The notes under the pieces were generated by a model. The model made no database searches. It saw nothing but the letters and a program-made list of their open reading frames with translations, and had not been told where the DNA came from. The translations under genes were made by a program, and so were the position numbers. A stretch of 60,535 nt of DNA, counting the filler. It is 7 parts of 7 records of this genome, joined end to end, with 100 filler letters (N's around TTAATTAATTAA, not from the genome) between each part and the next. Parts side by side here need not be neighbours in the genome. Positions count along the whole stretch, not along the records: positions 37,032 to 43,466 come from SRR31147125_6673; positions 43,567 to 50,069 come from SRR31147125_6674; positions 50,170 to 60,535 come from SRR31147125_6679; 4 more parts are not named here. One strand, written 5' to 3'. Positions within the stretch are counted from its first letter, which is position 1; the number at the start of each line of letters is the position of its first letter. Below are positions 42,704 to 53,113 of the stretch, one piece after another.

Positions 42704-42714
42704 ATGAATTAATC

Positions 42715-43466
42715 TTATTTAAAGCAACCAAATTCTCTAGCAGTTTCACTGTATATTTTAACAGCAGTAACCAGATTATTTTCATCAAAGTTAAATTTAC
42801 AGTTGTGGAGTGGTGCTGTGAACCCTTTTTCTTCGCTTCCAGTACCTAAGAAGAAAAACAGACCAGGGATAGCTTCCTGATAAAACGAGAAATCTTCAGC
42901 AAGCATTACTGCTTCTATCTCTTGAAACTCCACGTCGACTTTTTCCACCGCAGTTTTGAAACCTTCAAATAAAGCTTTGTCATTTATAACTGGTGGATAC
43001 AATGGTCTAAGATCAGTGTTTATTTTTACATTGTATGTAGCTTCAAACCCCTTGTTTATTTCTAATATTCTACTGCAAATAGTTTCGAAGACATTTTTTT
43101 GAAAGCTCTAAATGTACCTTCAATTCTAACACTTTCTGCTATTATATTTCTAGCACTTCCACCTTCAATTTTCCCAAATGTAAGTACTGAATTATCCATT
43201 GGTGATATGTTTCTAGATATAATTGTTTGATACGCTTGTAATAATTTAGCTGTTACTAATAGTGAATCAACCGATGTGTGCGGCATAGCACCGTGTCCGC
43301 TTTTCCCTTTAATATCAATATCAATTTCAGCCGTTTGAGCCATCATAGGGCCTGCTTTACACCCTACAGTTCCTTCTGGCATCGTAGGGAATAAGTGAAG
43401 TCCAAAAATTCCTTTTACATTTTTTTCTTCTAATATTCCACTTTCAACAATATTTTTTGCTCCTCC
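42715..43466 (-). CDS. M20D amidohydrolase (N-acetyl-DAP deacetylase/hippurate hydrolase-like), 5'-truncated, frameshift at the T7 run 43094-43100
   Basis: FGLH, GKSGHGAMPH, GGSARNII, AEDFSFY and PLHNCKF. Confidence 0.85.
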
Positions 43467-43566
43467 NNNNNNNNNNNNNNNNNNNNNNNNNNNNNNNNNN
43501 NNNNNNNNNNTTAATTAATTAANNNNNNNNNNNNNNNNNNNNNNNNNNNNNNNNNNNNNNNNNNNN
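43467..43566. other. Artificial contig-join spacer
   Basis: N-TTAATTAATTAA-N. Confidence 0.98.
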
Positions 43567-43950
43567 GGGGTACCGCCAGTGATATATGGAGATGGCGAGC
43601 AATCGCGGGATTTTACATATATCGGCAATGTGGTCAAGGCAAATTTATTGTCTTGTGAGGATGGTCATGAAACGTTATCCGGCGAGGTATTTAATATTGC
43701 TTGTGGAAAAAGAGTGACGATCAATTATCTTGTGGGGTCGATTAATACCGCTCTTAATCTAAATATAAAGCCATCATATACAAAGATCAGGCAAGGTGAT
43801 GTCAAAAATTCCCTGGCCAATATAGGAAAAGCCCAACAATTTTTAGGTTATGATGCCGGAATTGATTTTGAGGAAGGTTTGAAACAACTGGTAAGCTCGG
43901 ACTATGCTGATAAAAAGGATCCAAAAGTATATCTCAGCGCTGCAAACTGA
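43567..43950 (+). CDS. NAD-dependent NDP-sugar epimerase/dehydratase, C-terminal part
   Basis: IYGDGEQSRDFTYI.NVV.AN, GEVFNIACG and RQGDVKNSLA. Confidence 0.88.
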   Translation, partial: GVPPVIYGDGEQSRDFTYIGNVVKANLLSCEDGHETLSGEVFNIACGKRVTINYLVGSINTALNLNIKPSYTKIRQGDVKNSLANIGKAQQFLGYDAGIDFEEGLKQLVSSDYADKKDPKVYLSAAN

Positions 43951-44208
43951 AAAATAAATAGATAATGAATGGTCTGTTGCTTTTTTATGGGTTTTTATCG
44001 TTTCTGATAAAAGTCAAATTTTATTTTCATCTTGTTTCTTTTAAACGTATTTACTATAATTAAGAAAGGGTTTATATAGAATAACAACTTGACTATTACA
44101 GGAACAGGATTAAGCATGATCCATTGATTTGCAAAAAGAGGTCTTTGTTTGTGAATAATGGATTTCATTTTCCAACTGTCTCCAGTCAATTCATGAAAAA
44201 TATCCAAT

Positions 44209-45174
44209 ATGGCACCATCCCTATTATCACGACAAATTTATAAATCCCGAATTGACAAAGTGATATCCTTTATACATGAAAATCTTGGTGAGAAACTCTC
44301 CCTAAAAGTGCTTGCCGAGGTCGCCTGTTTTTCACCATATCATTTCCACCGTCTTTTTACATCCATTGTTGACGAAACACCGAACGAATTCGTCAACCGC
44401 TTGCGCCTGGAGCGTGCTGCAGGCATGCTTATAAATAATCCAAAACATTCCATCACAGAAATCGCTTTTGATTGTGGTTTCTCTTCCTCTGCCAGTTTTT
44501 CCCGTGCGTTCAAGCAGTACTTTGGATTTTCAGCCACAGATTTACGCAATAACATAAGACGTGGGGAGAATGGTTCCTCACTGTTAAATAGCAAGATTGG
44601 TAAAACGAATAGCAATAAGTGGAAAGATAAAGATCTTCAAAAAGATTATTTTGAGCTGTCAAATTCGAAAGATTCAAATAATCAAAAATGGAGGTCTAAA
44701 ATGGACGTAAACGTTCAACATCTATCCACATTACGAATCGCCTATGTTGCCAATATGGAGGGTTATACAGAGGAAAAGATCTGCATAGCATGGAATGAAT
44801 TGTGTAAATGGGCTGGCGCCAGAGATTTACTTGGTAAGGATACAAAATATATTGGTATTTCTTTTGATGATCCTGATATCACACCTGCCAACAAATGTCG
44901 CTATTACGCCTGCGTCACAATTCCGGATGACGTAGAGGCCGATGATACAATCGGAATTATGGAGCTTGCAGAAGGGAAATACGGTGTTCACCGGTTTGAG
45001 GGATTCTCTGCTGAAATGAAGCATGCTTATAAATTTCTCTATAGTGAATGGTTACCCAATAGCGGCTATCAACCGGATGACAGAGTGTGTTATGAAATTT
45101 ATTATTCCACACCGGAAAAACATCCTGAAGGTAAATTTATTATGGATATCTGTATGCCTGTTATTCCGTTATAA
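44209..45174 (+). CDS. AraC-family regulator with a C-terminal GyrI-like effector domain
   Basis: FSPYHFHRLF and SITEIAFDCGFSSSASFSRAFK HTHs; DDPDITP...RYYAC and WLPNSGY GyrI-like motifs. Confidence 0.92.
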   Translation: MAPSLLSRQIYKSRIDKVISFIHENLGEKLSLKVLAEVACFSPYHFHRLFTSIVDETPNEFVNRLRLERAAGMLINNPKHSITEIAFDCGFSSSASFSRAFKQYFGFSATDLRNNIRRGENGSSLLNSKIGKTNSNKWKDKDLQKDYFELSNSKDSNNQKWRSKMDVNVQHLSTLRIAYVANMEGYTEEKICIAWNELCKWAGARDLLGKDTKYIGISFDDPDITPANKCRYYACVTIPDDVEADDTIGIMELAEGKYGVHRFEGFSAEMKHAYKFLYSEWLPNSGYQPDDRVCYEIYYSTPEKHPEGKFIMDICMPVIPL

Positions 45175-45214
45175 TAACGGGTATTCGGAAAATTGAAAAT
45201 ATATTGACGACATT

Positions 45215-45249
45215 AAAATGCCACACTGAAAAGATGTGGCATTTTTTTT
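45215..45249 (+). terminator. Rho-independent terminator
   Basis: AAAATGCCACA-CTGAAAAGA-TGTGGCATTTTTTTT. Confidence 0.8.
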
Positions 45250-45488
45250 GTGGGAGATAAACCAGCATGACAGGAGTATAAAAGAAAAGTTAATTGGTGA
45301 ATTATAAGCTATTCTTGTTTTTATAGATTATAATCCTTAAACTAAAGTGTGTTTTATTTTCAATGATATAGGATAAGGTTCTTTTAGTGGATGTAGTAAA
45401 AGATTACGTCTGCCTCAAAGGAGTACCCTGATAATAAATAAAGATTTAAAAAATAGATTTTTGTGATTCAGAGGGTCAAAAATAAGGG

Positions 45489-46289
45489 ATGAATCAAATT
45501 AAATACATCTTTACAAAAATACTCGTTGTTTTTTACTGTATCGTTTCAGGGTGCATGGCGAACACGATTCCAGACTCTTTAAAACTTTCAAAGCCGGGAA
45601 TTCTGTTAACATTTGATGATCGTTTTATTTTTAACTGGGAAAAACAACTGCCTTTATTTGAAAAATACGGCGCCAGAGTTACCTTTTTTGTTGATCGTTT
45701 TGATCAGCTCACTCCTCAGCAGCTGCATGCTTTACAAAAAATAAAACAGGCCGGACACGCTATCGGGTGTCATGGATTCCGGCATCTGAAAGCGGCCGAG
45801 TATTGTACGGATCATTCAACAGATGAATACATGAGCACGGAAATTCTTCCTGCCATTGCAGCGATGCAAAATTACGGTTTTGATCCGGTATGTTTTGCTT
45901 ATCCCAGTTCTAACAGGGACGAATCAATAGATCAGGCTTTATTTGAAAAGTTCCGTTATGTTCGTACCGGTTATTCTACACCGGGTGTGAAATTTAAAGA
46001 TAATGAAAAGTTGTTTACCAAACCCGGTGATTTATCCCCACATAGAGTCTTATATGGAAAAAGTTGTCATCCTCATGATGTAAACGACGATCTATTTATT
46101 CAAACACGTGAAGCTCTTGACCGGGTAAAACAACAGGGGGAAATTATCGTTCTTTATGCGCATGATATTCGTGAAAAGAATACTCCCGGACCAAGACATT
46201 ATATATCTATTAAAGCACTGGAAAAGATTTTAGAGTATGCGGACTCGTTGGGACTTTTGTTTTACACTTTTGAGGATTTACCTGAATAA
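45489..46289 (+). CDS. Exported polysaccharide deacetylase (CE4/NodB-like)
   Basis: LTFDD, GCHGFRH, FAYP and LYAH motifs; N-terminal signal or lipoprotein peptide. Confidence 0.8.
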   Translation: MNQIKYIFTKILVVFYCIVSGCMANTIPDSLKLSKPGILLTFDDRFIFNWEKQLPLFEKYGARVTFFVDRFDQLTPQQLHALQKIKQAGHAIGCHGFRHLKAAEYCTDHSTDEYMSTEILPAIAAMQNYGFDPVCFAYPSSNRDESIDQALFEKFRYVRTGYSTPGVKFKDNEKLFTKPGDLSPHRVLYGKSCHPHDVNDDLFIQTREALDRVKQQGEIIVLYAHDIREKNTPGPRHYISIKALEKILEYADSLGLLFYTFEDLPE

Positions 46290-46322
46290 TCATAAACCTG
46301 AATTTTGGAAAAAGATAAAACA

Positions 46323-47459
46323 ATGGTAAAAAACTTGAACGGAAAAAATTATCGTCTTCGAAATCACATACCCATAAGTGGCCCTGCTACTCGCGAACCC
46401 ATTGTTGGTGATGAAGCGGATATGCGGGTATCATTGGGTTTTACACCAAAATGGTATGTTGATAGAGTTGGTATTGATTTTTCTGAAAAGTGGCACCTGG
46501 ATCCGGAAAGCCGATACGACTCGCTGTTAAAAATGAAAAATTATTTGCACAAAACCTTTCCAATGGTGCCTTATTTTAAACCGATTTTAAAGCAGGATGT
46601 GGAACAATCCTGTGCCACTATTTCCGGTGTGTTTGGTATTATGCTCGTTTCTTCTTTATATGGCCTGGAAATAGACTATCGAAAGGATAACTGGCCGGAT
46701 GCGAAGAAGGGGCAGCGCATTCCTGTTGATGAATTGAAGAAATTAAAACCGTTTGCAATTGAAAGCCACCCGGTAGTGGTTCAGCTTTTGGAGCAGATGG
46801 ATTTTATCGATAAGAAATGGGGACATATTCATGGCTATTTAAATTACCAGGGCATACTCAATGTCGCCATGAAAGTCAGGGGACCGGATATCTTTATGGA
46901 TATGATTCTGGATCCCGGATTTGCCCACTTTGTTCTGGCTCATATCGCTCAAACTATTGGCGATATATCAAAGCTGGTGCAGGCCAGGCAGAGGGAGTCT
47001 GGTTTTCAGGTCAATCTGCTTTCCATGAGTAATTGTGTTATGAATATGATCTCTCCGGAACAATATGAAAAGTTTGTGCTACCCCTGGATAAAAAACTGT
47101 CCTATGAATATGAACGGTTTGGGATCCACACATGCAACTGGGATGTCACACCTTATCTGCACCCATTGCGCAAAATAGAAAAAATGGGTTATCTTGATAC
47201 TGGCAAAATGGCGGACCTGGCACGGATTAAACAGATGTTCCCGGATACCAGAAGAGCGGTCATGTACAGTCCTGTTGAGCTGGAGAACAAGTCTCTTGTT
47301 GAGATCAGAAAAGACATTCTAAGGATCTATCAGGAATATGCTCCATGCGATATTGTTTTGGCAGATGTGGAAAGCACTGTTCCGGATAAAAGAGTGACAG
47401 ATTTTTTAGATCTTGTTGAGGATGTGATGCATCGGGATGGGGGAGAAGATGGGGACTGA
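46323..47459 (+). CDS. URO-D/MtaA-like superfamily protein
   Basis: QGILNVA..VRG.DIFMDM..DP, MISPEQYEKFVLP and GIHTC (HxC). Confidence 0.65.
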   Translation: MVKNLNGKNYRLRNHIPISGPATREPIVGDEADMRVSLGFTPKWYVDRVGIDFSEKWHLDPESRYDSLLKMKNYLHKTFPMVPYFKPILKQDVEQSCATISGVFGIMLVSSLYGLEIDYRKDNWPDAKKGQRIPVDELKKLKPFAIESHPVVVQLLEQMDFIDKKWGHIHGYLNYQGILNVAMKVRGPDIFMDMILDPGFAHFVLAHIAQTIGDISKLVQARQRESGFQVNLLSMSNCVMNMISPEQYEKFVLPLDKKLSYEYERFGIHTCNWDVTPYLHPLRKIEKMGYLDTGKMADLARIKQMFPDTRRAVMYSPVELENKSLVEIRKDILRIYQEYAPCDIVLADVESTVPDKRVTDFLDLVEDVMHRDGGEDGD

Positions 47460-47510
47460 AATTGCATGTAGTCTAAATGAATGAATTGTGAGTTAAATTG
47501 TGTGTCTTTC

Positions 47511-47549
47511 TAATCGCCCTGGTTTCGCTGAGCGGAATCAGGGCGATTA
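47511..47549. terminator. Strong hairpin between convergent genes
   Basis: TAATCGCCCTGGTTTCGC-TGA-GCGGAATCAGGGCGATTA. Confidence 0.65.
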
Positions 47550-47620
47550 TTATTCAAGTATGTTTGTTCATTACAAGATGCGAATAAAGTAATGAACGTC
47601 TTTAGTGATCAGGACTGCTA

Positions 47621-48145
47621 TTACATCCCCCAGAGATGGCTGGTATTGACCGGTTTTCCCTGTAATTTTAAATAATAAAACAGTTGGCTCTTATGCTGAC
47701 TTAAATGGACCACCATGCTCATGAGGCGTTGGCCCAGTACTACCTCAGATGGATCCCATGGAGCGCTTATTTTCTTTGTATCCAGTGTGCTTTCATCACA
47801 TTGAGCTAATGTCTCAAGGGCTACCTGTTTGTCCTTTGCCAGGAGATGTTTTGCTTCGGCAACAGTTCCTACGGCTGGCATCTTTTCTGCCGGGGGCATC
47901 ATTTCTTCAGGAGATAAATCACTCATTTTGACGCCCTCTGGCAATCCCCAATCACCAGTAACGAATCCGCGCATGCCCATACCACAGGCATTTGTTATAT
48001 GCATAAGTAGCTGACCCGTTGTCATCCAGTTGTTTTCCTGTGATGGTTTCCAGGTCAGACTCCCTTCATCCACCAGATCTAAAAGCCCCTCTGTTACAGA
48101 ATAGTTATAATCGATCTCGCTTTTGAGTAATTCTGTCCAGTTCAT
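47621..48145 (-). CDS. DinB/YfiT family protein
   Basis: ATG 48145 after AAGGAG; WKP...MTTGQLLMHI and HLSQHKSQL His-triad pattern. Confidence 0.8.
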   Translation of the reverse strand: MNWTELLKSEIDYNYSVTEGLLDLVDEGSLTWKPSQENNWMTTGQLLMHITNACGMGMRGFVTGDWGLPEGVKMSDLSPEEMMPPAEKMPAVGTVAEAKHLLAKDKQVALETLAQCDESTLDTKKISAPWDPSEVVLGQRLMSMVVHLSQHKSQLFYYLKLQGKPVNTSHLWGM

Positions 48146-48164
48146 GGTAACTCCTTTCAATTTG

Positions 48165-49511
48165 TTAAAATTGTTGGAACCATTGGGTGAAATTTTCATC
48201 AATTTTTGATAAAGGCTGCTCCATTATTGATTCTATTAAATATTTCGGATTCATTGAAGGCGAATCCGGATCCTTACTTAGAATATCTCTGGCCTGAAAG
48301 GCCTCATATACATGCATCAACTTTTGTTGATTTTGTAAATAGAGGATAAAATATCGTGCTGTAGCATGATTTGCCGCTTTTTTCTCGAAACTGTCTTCAA
48401 AGCCATCAAAAGAATGCCAATCCATTTCAATTAATTCTTTAATGGATGGCCGCATGGACCAAAATTGTTTCAGAACGGCGCCTCGCCAGTTGGGTAATCC
48501 CAGAATGCGGTCATCACTCACCTCTGAGACTTCATAGAGTGATGCCATTCCTTCATCCAGCCAGGGTGGAATATCACCAAAATTATTACGTGACATAAGA
48601 TGGAATAGCTCATGTGCCAGTGTACCAAGCGTTGTGGATGGGATGACTCCGACAAGGCTCAAATCATCCCGAAAAGAATAGCCGATACTACCCCGTGATA
48701 CACGAATGCCATGAATCTTTTCAGCAAGATTGCGTAATTGACCCAGTTCGGGTACAAGATAGACTGTTATCAGGTAAGAGGGGACAGGCATATCATACTG
48801 CAAAGCGAAAAAACCAAGATAACTTTCCAGCGTACGGTTAATGGAATTTAGTTGAGATGCTGAATGATTGCCAGAGCTGGCAATAGTAAAATAGCGGAAA
48901 GCTTTAACCTTGAATGTGGGGTCGAGCTGCTCTTTGAAAAAACTCTCAGCCGCGGGTCTGTTGCTCTTTTCAAACAGACGTTCTGATAATTTCTCAAAAG
49001 AAATTTCTTTGACCACCTCCACAGGATCACTGGCAATCAAGGCGTTTGTCTCACCTTCAAGTGATTTTTCATTTCCCAGCCAATAATACGTTTTTCCACT
49101 CACACCGACACTGCCACCGGTTCTGAGTGATGTAAAGGCCAGATTAGACGGTTGCGAGTTGGACGCACATTTTTCCTGTTCATTTTCTACCAACTCGCGG
49201 TTTTTCCCCAGACTATAATTTTTCAGGATCCAGTTGAAGAATTTATAGCCGGTTTCTTCATGATCTGATAACCGACAGGCACTTGTCGCAATCATATAAT
49301 CCACAGCCGCGTCTTTGCCATATGGCTTGTTGCGATATTCCAGTAATCTGGGCAACACCTCATCATAATTGCCCATCTTCCACATATCCCGAATTTCAAG
49401 TAATTCACTTTGAGCATAGGATATCCGTGTTAACGGATTAAGGAGTAACAGGATTACCAGAACAAAAAAGAAAATACCAGTTAAATAAAAGTCTTTTTTT
49501 AAACACCACAT
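48165..49511 (-). CDS. Exported hypothetical protein with a helical N-domain and a gluzincin-like (peptidase MA/DUF1570-like) domain
   Basis: Signal/TM N-terminus; LAHELFH (HExxH) followed by PPWLDEGMASLYE (third-ligand Glu motif). Confidence 0.65.
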   Translation of the reverse strand: MWCLKKDFYLTGIFFFVLVILLLLNPLTRISYAQSELLEIRDMWKMGNYDEVLPRLLEYRNKPYGKDAAVDYMIATSACRLSDHEETGYKFFNWILKNYSLGKNRELVENEQEKCASNSQPSNLAFTSLRTGGSVGVSGKTYYWLGNEKSLEGETNALIASDPVEVVKEISFEKLSERLFEKSNRPAAESFFKEQLDPTFKVKAFRYFTIASSGNHSASQLNSINRTLESYLGFFALQYDMPVPSYLITVYLVPELGQLRNLAEKIHGIRVSRGSIGYSFRDDLSLVGVIPSTTLGTLAHELFHLMSRNNFGDIPPWLDEGMASLYEVSEVSDDRILGLPNWRGAVLKQFWSMRPSIKELIEMDWHSFDGFEDSFEKKAANHATARYFILYLQNQQKLMHVYEAFQARDILSKDPDSPSMNPKYLIESIMEQPLSKIDENFTQWFQQF

Positions 49512-49563
49512 TGTTTTTCTCCTCTATACATCATACCCACATAAAAACCAAACAAAAGGTGAT

Positions 49564-50069
49564 TTAATTTCCAATGGACTGGAGTTCTTTTAAAATATCA
49601 TCATCACTTTGAGGTGGAGATGTCTCGGATTTGTGTAATTGAACGGATTCAACGGATTGAGGAATATATAGTGGTCCATCCCTTACATCTATTTTAGCAT
49701 GCGTCACAATAGTTGTCAACATCAGAGTTGTGCCGAGAATAGCCAGAATCAATCCTGGTGAGGAACTGGTAACGGATAGCTTCCAAAAAGACTCTGATTC
49801 TAATTTTGTTTCCGGTTCTCGTAGTTTTCCCAGAATAAAAGCGGCGCCGACCAAAGCCAGTATCATGCCTGTGACAAAACCCAGATACCTTGTCCAGATA
49901 CGGGACATCAGTAACACATTGGCCTGATGATAACGACGTTGCAGAGTATGTCCCTCCAGAATAACACGTGCCTTCCAGGACGCTGTTTCTAATTGATTTT
50001 CGCCTTGCGGGTTTTGTGCTGTGTCCGTCATCAATTCCAGGGCCGGTTTCAAATCCAGTTCCGGGCTTT
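49564..50069 (-). CDS. Hypothetical two-TM membrane protein, 5'-truncated
   Basis: Two hydrophobic helices: YLGFVTGMILALVGAAFIL and SSSPGLILAILGTTLMLTTIV. Confidence 0.65.
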
Positions 50070-50169
50070 NNNNNNNNNNNNNNNNNNNNNNNNNNNNNNN
50101 NNNNNNNNNNNNNTTAATTAATTAANNNNNNNNNNNNNNNNNNNNNNNNNNNNNNNNNNNNNNNNNNNN
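50070..50169. other. Artificial contig-join spacer
   Basis: N44-TTAATTAATTAA-N44. Confidence 0.98.
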
Positions 50170-50171
50170 GT

Positions 50172-51169
50172 TTCCTCGTTGACGACGAGTTACACGTTTC
50201 CGGGGACATTGCAGAACCTGACGGACAACAGACGACCCTTGCGAAACGGGTCATCGCCTGTCTCGATGTCCGCAGCAACGATAACGGCGACCTGGTCGTC
50301 ACCAAGGGTGATCAGTATGATGTGCGGGAGGAGGGGGCGGTTCGCAACCTCGGCTTGCCGGTTCAACTCGCCCACCGCTATTTCACTGAAGGGGCGGATG
50401 AAGTAACCTTTCTCAACATTACCGGGTTTCGTGATTTTCCGCTGACTGACCAGCCGATGCTCGATGTGTTGAAACGTTCGTCCGAACAGGTGTTCGTGCC
50501 GCTCACCATCGGTGGCGGCATCAGGGCGTTTACCGATTCCAGCGAGTCTTTCACTCTGCACTCGATGTCGCATCCGAATATTTCAGGTCCGGTGCGGATA
50601 AAATATCGATCGGCAGCGATGCCGTCTACGCTGCGGAGAAATTTCACCGGGAAGGGAAAGGTGACGGAAGCAGCGCGATCGAGCAGATCTCTCATGTCTA
50701 CGGTGCGCAGGCCGTCGTTATATCGGTTGACCCCAGAAGGGTTTATGTCGCCGCACCGGAGCAGACCGATCATCACGTCATTGCAACCGACCTCTCCGGT
50801 CCGAACGGCGAACGCTACTGCTGGTACCAGTGTACGGTAAAAGGTGGCAGGGAGGGCAGGGATTTCGACGTTATCCAACTGGTGACCGCCTGTGAAAAGC
50901 TCGGTGCCGGAGAGGTGCTGCTCAACTGTATCGACAAGGATGGCACCAACAGCGGCTTCGATCATGAACTGATCAATCACGTCAAGAAGGCTGTTACGAT
51001 ACCCGTGATCGCATCGAGCGGTGCAGGTTCAGCTGCGCACTTTCGGGAGGTGTTTACCGCTACCGATGCCGAAGCCGCTCTTGCCGCAGGTATTTTCCAC
51101 CGCGAGGAGGTGACAATCAAAGAGGTGAAGAAAGAGTTACAGCTCTCGGACATACCCTGCCGACTGTGA
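50172..51169 (+). CDS. hisF: Imidazole glycerol phosphate synthase cyclase, His7/HISN4-like long form; 5'-truncated, frameshift near 50545
   Basis: [55 protein letters not shown] (other frame), [20 protein letters not shown] and IASSGAG. Confidence 0.9.
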
Positions 51170-51245
51170 AAACCTGTATGTTTCTTCAAGATGTTCCGCA
51201 GGCGGCGAGCGTTTTTTTGTGTAAAGAAACAGCAACCGGAACCAA

Positions 51246-53113
51246 TTGAATCGAACATTCCAATTCCTCGCGATACGCTCTTTCAGTTCCTGGATAACTT
51301 TGTCCGCGCTGATGGTCATCATTCTCTTCGGGGTCTCGACAACGACATATAAGCGCGGCCTCGAAGAACTTTCCGGGGAGGGGACGATCAGGCTGCAGCT
51401 GTTCGTCACCTATCTGCGCGGCGTCCTCGAAAAGTATGAAAGCCTCCCCGAGATTCTCGCCCGGGACAAGAAACTCGTCAACTTCCTCGTTAATCCCGGT
51501 GGCAGGGAGCGGATCGAGGCGTTCAATCGCTACCTCGAGACGATCAACCAGATCAGCAAGTCGGCCGATACCTACCTGATGGACAAAGAGGGACTTACCA
51601 TCGCCGCCTCCAACTGGAACTCGGAGCGTCCATTCGTCGGTAGGAATTTCAGCTATCGCCCCTATTTCCAGCAGGCGATGCAGGGCAATCTCGGCCGCTA
51701 TTTCGCGCTGGGGACAACCTCACTCAAGCGCGGTTATTTCTTCGCTTATCCGGTTCGCGACAATAACGAGATTCTTGGCGCCGTCGTGATCAAAATCAAC
51801 ATAGACGATGTTGAGGAACGGTGGGGCCACCACGATCAGACCTTCCTGGTCACCGACCCGGATAACGTAATATTTATCACGACGGATTCCGACTGGCGAT
51901 ACAAGTCGCTGGTCGACCTCGACCGGAGCACCATTGAATTAGTGAAAAAAGCAGACGATACCCGAACGAGACGATCGAGTCCCTGCCGGTGCAGAGCGTT
52001 AAAAATTATCCCTTTGGAGACGTCATCAATCTGATCGCCGACGACGGCACTACCCGTACCTACCTGCAGCAGTCCCGGCTCATGGAGGAAGCCGGATGGA
52101 ATGTCCAGATTCTTTCCAATATCAGCTCGTTGAGGAAACGGGTGGTTGAGACAAATATTCTAGTTGGTTCAGTGTTTCTCTTTTCCTTCCTCCTGCTCAT
52201 GCTCTTTCAGCAGAGGAGGCAGCGACTCGCTGAGCTGAAGCTTATCGAGGACCAGGCACGACGGGTGCTCCAGGAGGCCAATGAGCGGTTGGAGAGCCAT
52301 GTTCAGGAACGTACGGCTGAGCTGGTCGATATCAACCGTCAGCTCCTCAAGGAAATCCAGGAGAGAAAGCAGACTGAGGAGGCACTTAAAAAAACCAGAT
52401 CCGAACTTGTCCAGGCAGCCAAGATGGCGACGCTTGGCCAGATGTCAGCCGGTATCAACCATGAATTGAATCAGCCGCTCGCAGCTATCAGGTCTTACAG
52501 TGACAATGCACGGCAGTTCCTCGAAATAGACAGAAAAGATGAAGCCCTGTGGAACCTGACCCAGATCGGGGAACTTACCGACCGCATGGCTCAACTCGGT
52601 GTTCAACTCAAGGAGTTTTCACGCAAAAGCAGCGGGAGGATAGAGACCATTGCAGTGCAGGGCGTCATCGACGGAGCTCTCGAGATTCTCTCTCCGGTAC
52701 TCAGGAAAAGTGACGCGCAGGTATTTTTCAATCCTGAGGTCGGGGCGTTCAAGATTCTGGGCAACCAGCTGCTCCTGCAACAGGTAATGGTCAACCTGCT
52801 CAGTAACGCAATCCAGTCTGTCGAAGAGGCAGATAATACACGTATAACGATCGATGCCGAGCAGCGTGATAATTCGGTGAGGCTGTGGGTTGAAGATTTC
52901 GGACCTGGGATTGCGTCCGACAAGATAGAACAGGTTTTCGACCCGTTTTTCACGACCAAGAAAGCCGGCAGGGGACTCGGGCTCGGCCTGACGATCACCG
53001 AGCGGATTCTCAACGAGATGGGTGGTGGTATCAGCGTTGAGTCGACGCCGGCAGCGACCCGCTTTACCATTGTAATCCCGGCGGCGGGAAAGGTGGATTC
53101 AGAGAATGAATAA
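51246..53113 (+). CDS. dctB: C4-dicarboxylate sensor kinase DctB-like, frameshift at the A6 run 51945-51950
   Basis: Cache domain AASNW...FVGRNFSYRPYF..A..G..GRYFALG; AAKMATLGQMSAGINHELNQPL; FFTTK..GRGLGLGL. Confidence 0.88.

Noticed and set aside
43995-44207. 70-aa minus-strand ORF upstream of the AraC gene
   Set aside because: It occupies the AraC promoter region, has no recognisable motif and is probably spurious.
12588-50169. Recurrent TTAATTAATTAA flanked by Ns, and any cross-segment 'gene cluster'
   Set aside because: These are artificial 100-bp joins. Base composition and gene content change at each one, so genes in different segments cannot be read as one system.
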